In this document: positions 36,097 to 45,869 of the stretch, piece by piece | How the letters are laid out: the number at the start of each line of letters is the position of its first letter | Numbering within the stretch: the first letter of the stretch is position 1 | Origin: an uncultured delta proteobacterium | GTDB lineage: Bacteria; Bdellovibrionota; FAC87; UBA2466 | Direction of reading: 5' to 3' | DNA length: 64,000 bases | NCBI GenBank assembly: GCA_963778115.1 | Contig: CAVZSV010000001.1 | Location: forward strand, 132,099-196,098 | Translations under genes and position numbers: made by a program | The notes under the pieces: generated by a model | What the model was told of the DNA's origin: nothing | What the model saw: the letters and a program-made list of their open reading frames with translations, nothing else | Database searches by the model: none

Positions 36097-37629
36097 CTAA
36101 AGGGTAATAATGCTCTCGACCAAAGCGCCCGAAAAGGGAGGTATTTGACGGCAGACGCCGCCCGAGCAGACCGTTCCGCCACTGGTCTGCCCCACCATCA
36201 CACGGCCGGTAATGTTCCCGCGTTTAAGTGCTGCATTCACATTGAAGAAGTTATTTCCTAAGTCAGAGGCATTTGAAGGGACATATTCATAGCCGATGCC
36301 GCCCGACCAGCGTTCGGAAAAGTTGTAGGTAACGCCAAAAACGTTTCTATCTTCAAGATCGGGAATAATATTCAGTTTCAGGTCGGCTTTCTGTTTGGCC
36401 GCACTAAACTCTATCGACTGTCCTTTAAACGTTTTTACTTTCGAAGTGATGCTCGCATGAACCAAATCATTGTGTCCCGGCATCCAGCGGTATCCCGCTT
36501 TTACTTCGAATTTGGTTTTGCCTAAAGCCTCAAACTTGGCACCCACCACTTCGTGATAAAGAGCGCTATCGAAATTGCGATCATAAGCTACCAGTGAAGA
36601 AGCACTTAAGGTGGTGGTGTTGTCGTTTAATTTTCTGTCCACCGAAATGCGGCCGCCCGAAACATTATTCAAATTGCTATTGTCGATAAGGTCTTCTTCC
36701 AAAGTGGGCGGGCGCTGAAAATCAAAATCGTAGTCGCGGTAGTCTTTTACTTCGGCTTTAAACTTCCATCTATCCGGAGACCACGTGATCGAACCATAAC
36801 TTCCATAACCTTCGGTGGAAGGAATACTTAAATCCCCATAAGTATAAGCTCCGGTCATGACGTTACTCTCGGCATAAATGTCGATCGTATCGAAAAGGCC
36901 GTCTTTCGAAAAAACGGCCCCTACTTGGTGCCAGTTGCGATCGAAGTTGGGTGAGTTTAAAGGCTGCTCCAACGCCAAAAGATATTGCCCGCCGATTTTT
37001 GTGTCTTTGGCGACATCTACTTTGACTTGCCCGCCCGCTAAGTAGACGTTGCGATTTTCTAAAGGACTGGGAACGGGGTTGATGGCCACTGGAGCATCGA
37101 TTGCGTTTACTCGCCCCGCCAAAAAAGTGAGGTCAACTCCCTTGGGGTGGTAATGGATAGCGCCGCCCTGTAACGTATTATCGATCCCAAAAACATCATC
37201 GCGATAAAGCGAAAGCATGATCCCTTTGCCAAGCTCTTGGTAACTATCGCCTAATTTAATATCGAGAGTGGACCATTCTGCTTCGGCTAGAACCTTTTCC
37301 AAATTAAAAGGCTCTTTGACGGAAGGGTTGTCGATGTTGGTTTGGCTGTCCAAAGGCAAGCGGTTTGAAATCTCTACCTTTAAACTATAAGCCCCGTACT
37401 CGGCTCGCAGCGTATCGCTGTGAACCATCGTGTTCGCGGCATCCCCTAAGGGATTGGAAGGATCTTTTTGGTTTGAAATGAGTAGGTGATCGGTTGCCGT
37501 AACCCGCACTTTGTCAGTCGACATGTCGCTGGTTTGGTCTGTGAGATCATTCGTCGCAGATTCATCCGCCGCAAGGGTCACCACAGATGCCAAAGCGATC
37601 GCCAAAACCAAGAATACTTTAATTCGCAT
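36097..37629 (-). CDS. Outer-membrane beta-barrel protein (DUF6029-like)
   Basis: Signal peptide, GDSYQELGKG, amphipathic strands, C-terminal GGTVCSGGVCRQIP. Confidence 0.7.
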   Translation of the reverse strand: MRIKVFLVLAIALASVVTLAADESATNDLTDQTSDMSTDKVRVTATDHLLISNQKDPSNPLGDAANTMVHSDTLRAEYGAYSLKVEISNRLPLDSQTNIDNPSVKEPFNLEKVLAEAEWSTLDIKLGDSYQELGKGIMLSLYRDDVFGIDNTLQGGAIHYHPKGVDLTFLAGRVNAIDAPVAINPVPSPLENRNVYLAGGQVKVDVAKDTKIGGQYLLALEQPLNSPNFDRNWHQVGAVFSKDGLFDTIDIYAESNVMTGAYTYGDLSIPSTEGYGSYGSITWSPDRWKFKAEVKDYRDYDFDFQRPPTLEEDLIDNSNLNNVSGGRISVDRKLNDNTTTLSASSLVAYDRNFDSALYHEVVGAKFEALGKTKFEVKAGYRWMPGHNDLVHASITSKVKTFKGQSIEFSAAKQKADLKLNIIPDLEDRNVFGVTYNFSERWSGGIGYEYVPSNASDLGNNFFNVNAALKRGNITGRVMVGQTSGGTVCSGGVCRQIPPFSGALVESIITL

Positions 37630-38137
37630 GCTGCACTACTTCTTCTTTGGCGAGCGCCGACCTTAACACTTGAAAGAGCTCTTCGTGATACCCACTAAAG
37701 GATTGTAAAATTTGTCCGTGTGAATCAATGAGAACCGAGAAGGGTAGGCTTTTGTCTTCGTGATATTTGGAAAAGATCTGATGTTGTGGATCTAAGATGA
37801 CAGGGACCGTGATGCTATTCATCCGCATCGCCGGCCTGACATCTACCGAGGTCTCGGAAGTGTCTACGTTTATCGAGAGAATATCGAGCGGTAGCGAAGC
37901 ATCGGCTTTGATTTTTTCACTGACCAGCCGCATCTCCTCCATGCAGGGGATACACCAGCTGGCCCAGAAGCAAAGTAAGAGGGCTCGATGAGGCTTGAGC
38001 TGATCGCGCAGTGAAGTGGCGCTACCCCCCATAATGTCGCCGTGGAAAGATGGGGCGACCTGCCCGAAACCCGAAGCCGTGACCAACATAACGATGAGAA
38101 AAGCTCTCCCCAAGAACTTACCCATTATCCCCCCCAA
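37619..38137 (-). CDS. TlpA-family thiol-disulfide oxidoreductase
   Basis: FWASWCIPCMEE motif; signal sequence. Confidence 0.9.
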   Translation of the reverse strand: MGGIMGKFLGRAFLIVMLVTASGFGQVAPSFHGDIMGGSATSLRDQLKPHRALLLCFWASWCIPCMEEMRLVSEKIKADASLPLDILSINVDTSETSVDVRPAMRMNSITVPVILDPQHQIFSKYHEDKSLPFSVLIDSHGQILQSFSGYHEELFQVLRSALAKEEVVQHAN

Positions 38138-38181
38138 ACCCCTACGACTCCATTACCCTATTAGGGCCACCCCTTGGCCTA

Positions 38182-38658
38182 TTAGGGTAGTGTCGCCGTC
38201 AAATAGGCAATGACGCGATCCGAAGTGAAACCTGAATCAAACTTCACCGCTACTTGACCACTGGGATCTAAAACCACCGCACCTGGAACAATAAGTTGAT
38301 CGGTGCCGTAATACTTTCCGTAGTTCGTCCAACGCCACGGATCGGGTAGTACCGCGAAGGAAAGATTGAGCTTCGTTTTGTAGGCATTGGCGGTAGCGGC
38401 GTCGGGCGGATTAAAGCCATCCGCTGCCGTGATAATGTAACCCGTAACCGTCAGGTGCGATTGCTTATCGGCACTCAAGCCGTGAACGCCCTTATCCACT
38501 CCAGGAAGCACGGTTTCACAAGCTTCACAGTTTGGAGTGCTAAACATCAATAACTGATATTGCCCGTTGCCGCCGACACCCGATGCATTGGAACCCGAGT
38601 TACCGGAGCAAGCGCTTACCAGCACTGCGGCAAGCAGGAACATAAAAAATGGCTTCAT
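38182..38658 (-). CDS. Thioredoxin-fold lipoprotein
   Basis: VSAC lipobox, CEAC, VPG cis-Pro region. Confidence 0.8.
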   Translation of the reverse strand: MKPFFMFLLAAVLVSACSGNSGSNASGVGGNGQYQLLMFSTPNCEACETVLPGVDKGVHGLSADKQSHLTVTGYIITAADGFNPPDAATANAYKTKLNLSFAVLPDPWRWTNYGKYYGTDQLIVPGAVVLDPSGQVAVKFDSGFTSDRVIAYLTATLP

Positions 38659-38883
38659 CGTTTTTCTCCCCAGTGATGAAAATTTTTGTTTATTGGCCCA
38701 ACCAAAATCTTGTGAAGTGATCTGCCTGTTTTTAGACTATCTCCCTACCCCAGATCCGTCACAATCCAAGCTAGGATTGCGTTAACAGTTGTCTCAAGAT
38801 CTCCTCTAGTCAGTCCGAGTATTGACAACCCAAACCAGAAGGAAGAACACTTCGCCCCTGAACTAGACTAAGGGGAGGCTCTC

Positions 38884-40335
38884 ATGGCAGTCACGGTTAG
38901 ACCAGGCAAAATGCTCATTGGCGGAGAATGGTGCGAAGCGGCAAGCGGGAAACGCTTTGACGTTATTAATCCCGCTACCGAAACCAAACTCACGGACGTC
39001 GCCGAAGGCGATAAAGTAGATGCGGATCGTGCGGTAGCCGCCGCGCGTCAAGCCTTTGAGAAAGGCCCTTGGAAAAAGATGTCAACCCGAGATCGCGGCC
39101 GCGTCATTTCGAGAGTTGCGGCGTTGCTGGATAAACACCGTGATGAACTGGCGGAGCTAGAAACTCTTAATAACGGAAAGCCTATTTCAGAAACCAAAGG
39201 GGCCGACTTACCTCTGGCTATCGATTGCTTCGATTACTACGCGGGCCTGGCCGACAAAATTCATGGCGATACGATCCCAGTCTCGGGAGAATTTTTTAAT
39301 TACACGCTTAAAGAGCCCGTCGGAGTCGTAGCCCAAATTATTCCGTGGAATTTTCCACTCCTCATGGCGGCCTGGAAATTAGGGCCAGCACTTGCGACCG
39401 GATGTACGGTCGTCTTAAAGCCTGCCGAGCAAACGCCCCTTACGGCCCTTCGGCTGGGAGAGTTGCTGCTAGAAGCAGGGCTTCCGCCAGGAGTCGTAAA
39501 CATAGTCCCGGGTTACGGCCCGACAGCGGGGGCAGCCCTTGCTTCGCACATGGACGTCGACAAAGTGGCTTTCACCGGCTCGACCGAGATCGGAAGGCTT
39601 GTGATGCGAATGGCCGCCGATAGCAACATGAAGAAAGTGTCTCTAGAACTTGGCGGAAAAGCTCCCAACATCGTATTTGCCGATAGCGATTTAGACGCTG
39701 CCGCTCGAGGTGCCATCCGAGGGATTTTCTTCAATCAAGGGGAAGTTTGCTGCGCTGGCTCAAGATTGTTCGTGGAAAAGCCCGTTCATGACAAGTTCTT
39801 GGATATCGTAAAAGGTTATGCAGAAAAGTTGGTGCAAGGCGATCCTCTCAATCCCAAGACCCAAATGGGAGCCCAAGTCTCCAAAGAGCAATTCGACAAA
39901 ATTTTAGGCTACATCGCAGCCGGGAAAAAAGATGGGGCGACCTGTGTTACCGGAGGCGCTCCAGGAGCTTCTCGCGGCTATTTCGTAAAGCCCACCATCT
40001 TCGACAACGTCACCGACTCCATGAGGATAGCCCAAGAGGAGATCTTTGGACCGGTGGTCTCTACCCTCACCTTCTCCAGCGAAGAGGAGATTGCGCAGCG
40101 AGCCAATCAGACGATCTATGGCCTATCGGCCGGTATTTGGACGCGGGACATCGGAAAAGCGCATCGGCTAGCCAAAGAAATAAAGGCCGGAACTATTTGG
40201 ATGAATTGCTATAACTGCTTTGATGCTGCCTCGCCTTTCGGAGGCTTTAAGCAAAGCGGTTTCGGCCGCGAATTGGGCAAGCACGCTCTTGAGCTTTACA
40301 CTCAAATTAAGTCGGTTTGGGTGGCTCTCGATTAA
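38884..40335 (+). CDS. NAD-dependent aldehyde dehydrogenase
   Basis: PWNFP, FTGSTEIG, LELGGK, NQGEVCCAG, EEIFGP. Confidence 0.97.
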   Translation: MAVTVRPGKMLIGGEWCEAASGKRFDVINPATETKLTDVAEGDKVDADRAVAAARQAFEKGPWKKMSTRDRGRVISRVAALLDKHRDELAELETLNNGKPISETKGADLPLAIDCFDYYAGLADKIHGDTIPVSGEFFNYTLKEPVGVVAQIIPWNFPLLMAAWKLGPALATGCTVVLKPAEQTPLTALRLGELLLEAGLPPGVVNIVPGYGPTAGAALASHMDVDKVAFTGSTEIGRLVMRMAADSNMKKVSLELGGKAPNIVFADSDLDAAARGAIRGIFFNQGEVCCAGSRLFVEKPVHDKFLDIVKGYAEKLVQGDPLNPKTQMGAQVSKEQFDKILGYIAAGKKDGATCVTGGAPGASRGYFVKPTIFDNVTDSMRIAQEEIFGPVVSTLTFSSEEEIAQRANQTIYGLSAGIWTRDIGKAHRLAKEIKAGTIWMNCYNCFDAASPFGGFKQSGFGRELGKHALELYTQIKSVWVALD

Positions 40336-40358
40336 TAGAAATTAGTCCGATAAAGAGG

Positions 40359-41642
40359 ATGGAGGAATATAGCTCCATCCCCATGAAACTATCGAGCCGC
40401 AAAATTCCGTCGGTACCCGCTTTGGCACCTTCCAAGGCACCCAGCGGCTTCTCCGTGAGGAAGCCCCATTGGCTCGATTTTTCTGACATCCTCCTCAGTG
40501 TAGTGGTGGCGGTACTGGTACTTTCAGTAACCGCGCGTTCGCTTTTCCAATGGTGGAATGGAACGGTCGTGGGAGCTGCTTTAGTGACCGAGCTCAATGG
40601 GAGAGTAAGCCACCGGCAAGAGGATGCACTAAGTTGGTATGATCTCAAAAAAGGCGCTTACCTCTCCTGGAACGAACACCTCAGAGCGGAACGAGCTTCG
40701 GCAGTTAGAGTCCGATTTAATAACGGCGCTGAAGTCGATCTTCAAGCCGACAGCGAAGCCCAAGTCCTTAAAGACCGTGTCGTGCTGGTCCAAGGAAAAT
40801 TTCGCCTTCATAGCGGCTGGGAAAAGATAAACGCGCAGTTCGGCTCCAATAACGTGGAACTTAATCCGGGTACCGACATGTACGTACTCAAAGATCCGGT
40901 TACCGACAGAGAGCAAATCGTGGTCACCAAGGGAGAAGCTAATCTCGCCGCTTATCAAAGAAAGATTCAAAAAATCCGTGAAGGAGAAACTTTCCGAATC
41001 AAGCCCGATGAACTATTAGTGAAAGTCGACCCCACTTTGGATTTTCACGCTTCTGCTCCCCATACGGGCGAAACGTTAATCATCAAAGGAAACTCGGGCG
41101 AGATTTCACTGAAATGGAAAGGAAGCGGAAACAGAATCGAAATCGATCGCACTCCCGGCTTTCTCTCCCCCAAGATCTTTCAAACTAATAGCGATACTCT
41201 TACGCTGACTAGCGGAGTGGGAAAATTCTTTTGGAGATTAGGAGACAGAAATCGGGTAAGTAGTCCCGCCGAATTCGTGGTTTTGCCCCAAATTCAATAC
41301 CATCCCATAGAACCAATGCCCCAGACTTACGTGGTATCTCAAGGAGACATTCGATTTCAGTGGGAGCCAATAGCGAATGCGACTCACTATCTAGTGCAAC
41401 TCAGTCATTCGCCTGATTTTAGTGATCTTGTGATTTCACAAAAGTTCGATACCACCCAAGCGACCCTAAACCCGATTCCTCCCGGAGCTTACTACTGGAG
41501 AGTTCAAGCCACTTACAAAGACTATGGAGAGTGGCCTGCGTCGGAGGGATATCCTTTTGCGGTGGGATTAAAAAAGCTTCAAGAGGTTTCTGAGAGAAGA
41601 AAACCCGGTATCCAGCCTAAATCCAACGGCCCTACTCCTTAG
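40359..41642 (+). CDS. FecR-like domain protein with C-terminal Ig/FN3-like repeats
   Basis: TM segment, FecR-like beta region, YLVQLSHSPDF, GAYYWRV. Confidence 0.7.
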   Translation: MEEYSSIPMKLSSRKIPSVPALAPSKAPSGFSVRKPHWLDFSDILLSVVVAVLVLSVTARSLFQWWNGTVVGAALVTELNGRVSHRQEDALSWYDLKKGAYLSWNEHLRAERASAVRVRFNNGAEVDLQADSEAQVLKDRVVLVQGKFRLHSGWEKINAQFGSNNVELNPGTDMYVLKDPVTDREQIVVTKGEANLAAYQRKIQKIREGETFRIKPDELLVKVDPTLDFHASAPHTGETLIIKGNSGEISLKWKGSGNRIEIDRTPGFLSPKIFQTNSDTLTLTSGVGKFFWRLGDRNRVSSPAEFVVLPQIQYHPIEPMPQTYVVSQGDIRFQWEPIANATHYLVQLSHSPDFSDLVISQKFDTTQATLNPIPPGAYYWRVQATYKDYGEWPASEGYPFAVGLKKLQEVSERRKPGIQPKSNGPTP

Positions 41643-41650
41643 GGAAGTAA

Positions 41651-42913
41651 CTATTCATCTAGCCTTCTGAGATCTTCATCTTCATCTACGAGATGAGTTT
41701 CCGCCGATCCAGGATCGATCGGGCGCACTTGAGTGATCACTTCGTGCTCTTCATGATTCACGGCTTTGATATCAAACCCGGTTTGAGTAATTTCATCGTC
41801 CTCAGGTTCGGTAATCGGGGGAAAGGGATTTTCTTCGGGGATCTGCACGGGCGCAGGAGGAAGCGGTACGCGAATTTGGGCTGGAGCGGGAACGCTTTTG
41901 GCGTCGGTAGGAGGAACAAAAGGTTTAATGGTGTTCGCATTCTTTACGGGGGCTTGCTGCGAAACCGGAATCGCTATATCGAGTGGTGCGGAGTTCGCGG
42001 CTAACAGTCGATTGGTCATGATCTTGGCAAAATAGCTCACGAACAGAGAAGCTAAGAGTGCCACTGCTCCCAAGGCCAGAGCGAGCTGAATAAGCGGTGA
42101 AAGTTCATCACCTAGTTCAGAGCTTCCCGCGCGACTCAAGAGATAAAAATCTCCGTTTGCTATGGGAGCGACAGCTCCGTACCAGTCCTGACCGTGAGAT
42201 CGATACGTTACCAGTCCCGAGGATGCGGGGGTCCTACCTTTCATTAGCTCGGTAACGCCATCAGTATCCAATTGAGAAATCTTCGTATCGCTGCCGCCAG
42301 AATGAAATAGAATCTTTCCAGTTTGATCGACAAAGTAGGTATCGAAAAGGCTAGCGGATTGGATATGCTCGTAGAGAAGCTCGGGATCGATCTCACTAAC
42401 GGCGATGAAAATCACGGAATGATCGTTGGTTTGGGCGTCGATTCGAGTCGCCAAGAAAAAACGAGGATTCTCCCCCGGCTTGGCCCCCTGCCAAAACGCC
42501 TTTTGCAGAGTCTCGGCCTTGCTCAAGAACCCACCAATCATCTCAGCGGCAAACCCCAAGGAAGGAATTTCCGACGAGAGCTTCTCTTCCACAAAAGTTT
42601 CGCCCTCTGCTCGTCGAAAAACTTGAAGACCTAGCAGATGCGATTCCGTCGCTTGCCTTGCTGAGGGATGCAGTCCCTGAGGATTACCAAAGAGCGCCCC
42701 TAAAGCTTTAGCCCGCGTCGCCTCCGTCGCTAGCAGAAGCGTCGCGTTAAGCTGCGTTGCTCCTGTCTGGACTACGGTATGGTTTACATCATTAAGAGAG
42801 GAGACCCTCTGCTTTTTGACGAAAACATAGGTAAGCCAAGCCTGTACCCCAATGACTCCACCCAGCATGAGGAAGAGCCCACCAAAGATCGCATACCGAT
42901 GTAGGGATTTCAC
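41651..42913 (-). CDS. Two-TM Cache-like domain protein with Pro/acidic tail
   Basis: YFVDQTGKILFHS Cache-like motif between two TMs; no signalling output domain seen. Confidence 0.65.
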   Translation of the reverse strand: MKSLHRYAIFGGLFLMLGGVIGVQAWLTYVFVKKQRVSSLNDVNHTVVQTGATQLNATLLLATEATRAKALGALFGNPQGLHPSARQATESHLLGLQVFRRAEGETFVEEKLSSEIPSLGFAAEMIGGFLSKAETLQKAFWQGAKPGENPRFFLATRIDAQTNDHSVIFIAVSEIDPELLYEHIQSASLFDTYFVDQTGKILFHSGGSDTKISQLDTDGVTELMKGRTPASSGLVTYRSHGQDWYGAVAPIANGDFYLLSRAGSSELGDELSPLIQLALALGAVALLASLFVSYFAKIMTNRLLAANSAPLDIAIPVSQQAPVKNANTIKPFVPPTDAKSVPAPAQIRVPLPPAPVQIPEENPFPPITEPEDDEITQTGFDIKAVNHEEHEVITQVRPIDPGSAETHLVDEDEDLRRLDE

Positions 42914-42974
42914 TCTTATAGTTTAAAACGGATTGCCAGGGGAGGGAAACTATTCTGGGGAAGCTGCTTTTACT

Positions 42975-43273
42975 ATGTTCATCCTCCTGCAAAGGGATGA
43001 TTACGTCTACATACTTACCCATTCCCATCACACTGTCCTTTATACAGGTGTCACCGGTGACCTCCCCCAAAGATCTTCGAACATAAGAATAAAACCGAAA
43101 AAGGTTTTACGAAAAAATATGACCGTACAAAACTCGTCTATTTCGAAGTGTGTGGAGATATTGAATCAAAAATTCAACGAGAGAAGCGAATCAAGGGAGG
43201 CTCAAGGCAAAGAAAAATAAATTTAATTAGTTCGATGAACCCACATTGGAGAGATTTGAGCCCTGAAATATAA
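42975..43273 (+). pseudogene. GIY-YIG nuclease (YhbQ/UPF0213-like), frameshifted at about 43072
   Basis: YVYIL...LYTGVT.DL, then the shifted frame FEHKN...GFTKKY..LVYFE...REKRIKGGSRQRK...NPHWRDL. Confidence 0.8.
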
Positions 43274-43275
43274 AA

Positions 43276-43297
43276 CGGGCCGGCGCTGGCCGGCCCG
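43276..43297 (-). terminator. Intrinsic terminator downstream of glnA
   Basis: CGGGCCGGC/GCCGGCCCG stem followed by TTTTA on the minus strand. Confidence 0.7.
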
Positions 43298-43327
43298 CTC
43301 ATTTTCAAGCTTATAAGTTATACCTTA

Positions 43328-45580
43328 TTACGAAATGGTATTCGTAAACAGCATCTCGCGGTACTTCGGTAGCGGCCAGAGTTCGTCGCTTACCAGTAGT
43401 TCCGCAGTGTCGCAGGCTTTGCGGAGTTGGTTGGCCACCGGTACTGCTTCCTGAGCTAAGGCCTTCATTTTGGCACTCTCATCGGTCTGTTCATGAATGG
43501 TGTGAAGTACCTCATTTAGAGACTTAAGGTGCTTCAACATCGCTTCGAACGTTCCTTCCAACGCCAAGACTCTTTCTTGATGAAGTTTTTTCGCTGGCGC
43601 CGAGGTCAGGCCTTTGGTGACTTCGAAGACTCGGGTCAACTGGGTTTCCACTGCGGGAACCAAGTAAACCGTCGCCATCTCCTGCAAGGTGTTCAACTCG
43701 ATCTCAAGGGTTTTCACATAGCGTTCCACCGCGATGTGGTAGCGACTGGCGATCTCGTCGGCACTTAGAACTTTGGTGTTAACCAAGAACTCACAAGCCT
43801 TCGGATCGTTAAAGACTCCAAGGGCCTCTACCGTCGAGGGGAGAATGGGGAGGCCCCGTTTTTTGGCTTCCTTCTGCCACTCCTCCGAATAGTTGTTTCC
43901 TTCAAAGCGAACCAACTTACTCTCTTTAATCAGCTGCTTTACGATATCCATTACCGCTTCATCGCGGTTGGTCTTTGTCGAAAGGACTGCCTTCAATCTC
44001 GCAGCCGCGTTTCGGAACGATTCCGCTACCGCCGCGTTTAAGATAGAGATTGGCACCCCGACATTAGCGGAGGATCCGACCGCACGGAATTCGAATTTGT
44101 TTCCGGTAAAGGCAAAAGGACTCGTACGGTTACGATCCGTGTAATCTTTGGAAATATCCGGAATGTGGCTCGCACCCAAGTTCAGGATTTGAGCTTCCGT
44201 CCCTTGATTGACTTCACCTTTTTCAATGGTGTCGAAAATCTTCGCTAACATCGATCCCAAGAAAACCGAAATGATAGCTGGGGGAGCTTCGTTGCCACCC
44301 AAGCGGTGATCATTGCCAGGACTCGCAATCGAAGCGCGAAGCGCATCGGAGTGGTCGTATACCGCTTTGAGCACCACGGCACAAACCGCTAGGAATCTTA
44401 AGTTCTGGTGCGGAGTCGTTCCGGGATCGAGAAGATTCTCGCCCTTGTCATTGCTCATGCTCCAGTTGCTGTGTTTTCCGCTGCCGTTAATCCCGGCAAA
44501 GGGCTTCTCATGCAGCAAGCACATCAAACCGTGGCGATTGGCCACGCGCTTTAACGTTTCCATCGTGAGTGCATTATGATCGGCCGCAACATTCACATTT
44601 TCAAAAATGGGGGCCAACTCAAATTGGCTAGGGGCTACTTCGTTGTGGCGGGTCTTAATCGGAACGCCCAAACGATAAAGCTCGGTCTCGAGATCTTCCA
44701 TGAAGGTCTTTACTCGACTCGGAATCGCGCCGAAATAATGATCTTCCAACTGCTGCCCTCTAGGAGAAGCGGCGCCCAAAAGCGTTCTTCCCGTCATGAC
44801 AATGTCCGGCCGCTGAAGGGCAAATCGACGATCGATCAAAAAGTATTCTTGTTCGGTTCCCAAAGTCGCCGTGACGGTCTTTACGTCAACATCACCTAGA
44901 AGTTTTAGAAATTCACAGGCCTCGCGAGAGAGCACCTGCTGGGATCGCAGAAGCGGCGTTTTGTTATCCAGTGCTTGGCCGTGATAACCGACAAATACCG
45001 TCGGGATGCAAAGAGTCTTTCCGTACTCACCTTCGATAATGAATAAAGGCGAAGAAGGATCCCATGCCGTATATCCACGAGCTTCGAAAGTGGAGCGCAT
45101 CCCGCCGCTGGGAAAACTGGAGGCATCCGGTTCGCCCTGAATGAGCTGACCACCGGTGAACCGCTCAATCACTTTGAGTTCGGAATGGTTGGAGTGCTGA
45201 ATCGAAATAAAAGCGTCATGCTTTTCCGCTGTAAGACCTGTCATCGGCTGAAACCAGTGGCAGAAGTGAGTGGCCCCTTTGGTAACCGCCCATTCCTTCA
45301 CCGCAAGCGCTATGGAATCGGCGACGTCGGAGCTAAACTTTTTTCCCTGATCCAGAGCTCGTAAAACGGCTTGATAATCTTCCTTGGGCAGCTTTTCCCG
45401 CATTTGGCCGAGACCGAAGGTCAATTCTCCGAAATAGTCGGAAATGGGCGGAATATGTCCGCTTCCATTGCTCGACCCCACTTTATGTTTCTTGGGCGTA
45501 CTTTCGGCGATAGATCTTAAGGTACTAAATCTTCCGTTCATGGGGGTATTTTCCGTAGTTAGCATGTGGATTCCTTTCAT
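43328..45580 (-). CDS. glnA: Glutamine synthetase type III
   Basis: HWFQPMTGLTAEKHD, GEPDASSFPSGG, HEKPFAGINGSGKH, DRNRTSPFAFTGNKFEFR. Confidence 0.97.
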   Translation of the reverse strand: MKGIHMLTTENTPMNGRFSTLRSIAESTPKKHKVGSSNGSGHIPPISDYFGELTFGLGQMREKLPKEDYQAVLRALDQGKKFSSDVADSIALAVKEWAVTKGATHFCHWFQPMTGLTAEKHDAFISIQHSNHSELKVIERFTGGQLIQGEPDASSFPSGGMRSTFEARGYTAWDPSSPLFIIEGEYGKTLCIPTVFVGYHGQALDNKTPLLRSQQVLSREACEFLKLLGDVDVKTVTATLGTEQEYFLIDRRFALQRPDIVMTGRTLLGAASPRGQQLEDHYFGAIPSRVKTFMEDLETELYRLGVPIKTRHNEVAPSQFELAPIFENVNVAADHNALTMETLKRVANRHGLMCLLHEKPFAGINGSGKHSNWSMSNDKGENLLDPGTTPHQNLRFLAVCAVVLKAVYDHSDALRASIASPGNDHRLGGNEAPPAIISVFLGSMLAKIFDTIEKGEVNQGTEAQILNLGASHIPDISKDYTDRNRTSPFAFTGNKFEFRAVGSSANVGVPISILNAAVAESFRNAAARLKAVLSTKTNRDEAVMDIVKQLIKESKLVRFEGNNYSEEWQKEAKKRGLPILPSTVEALGVFNDPKACEFLVNTKVLSADEIASRYHIAVERYVKTLEIELNTLQEMATVYLVPAVETQLTRVFEVTKGLTSAPAKKLHQERVLALEGTFEAMLKHLKSLNEVLHTIHEQTDESAKMKALAQEAVPVANQLRKACDTAELLVSDELWPLPKYREMLFTNTIS

Positions 45581-45869
45581 CGTCTTTCAGAACCATTCAA
45601 AATACAGCTCTGAAAAAACTAAGGTTTTTGGGGCCACCTCGCTAAAACCGAAGCGCTTGGAAGCTACATCAGCTATCTAAAGCAATCGAGCCAGAAAGCC
45701 CACAAGCAGACCGGACCTAGGAAGTGTAAAACTCGGGGCCATTATGGGACAAGAGGGCTTAGACCGCAAGGGGGAGAGGGAGAAATTCTTTCATGGATTC
45801 AGGGGGTCGGCGCATGTGTCGGAATTGCTTTGAGTACGCTGCGCACGGTGAAACCACTACCGCAAAGCG

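Noticed and set aside
45679..45694. Sigma54 promoter upstream of glnA (TGGCTCGATTGC)
   Set aside because: The GG-to-GC spacing is 7 bp rather than 10.
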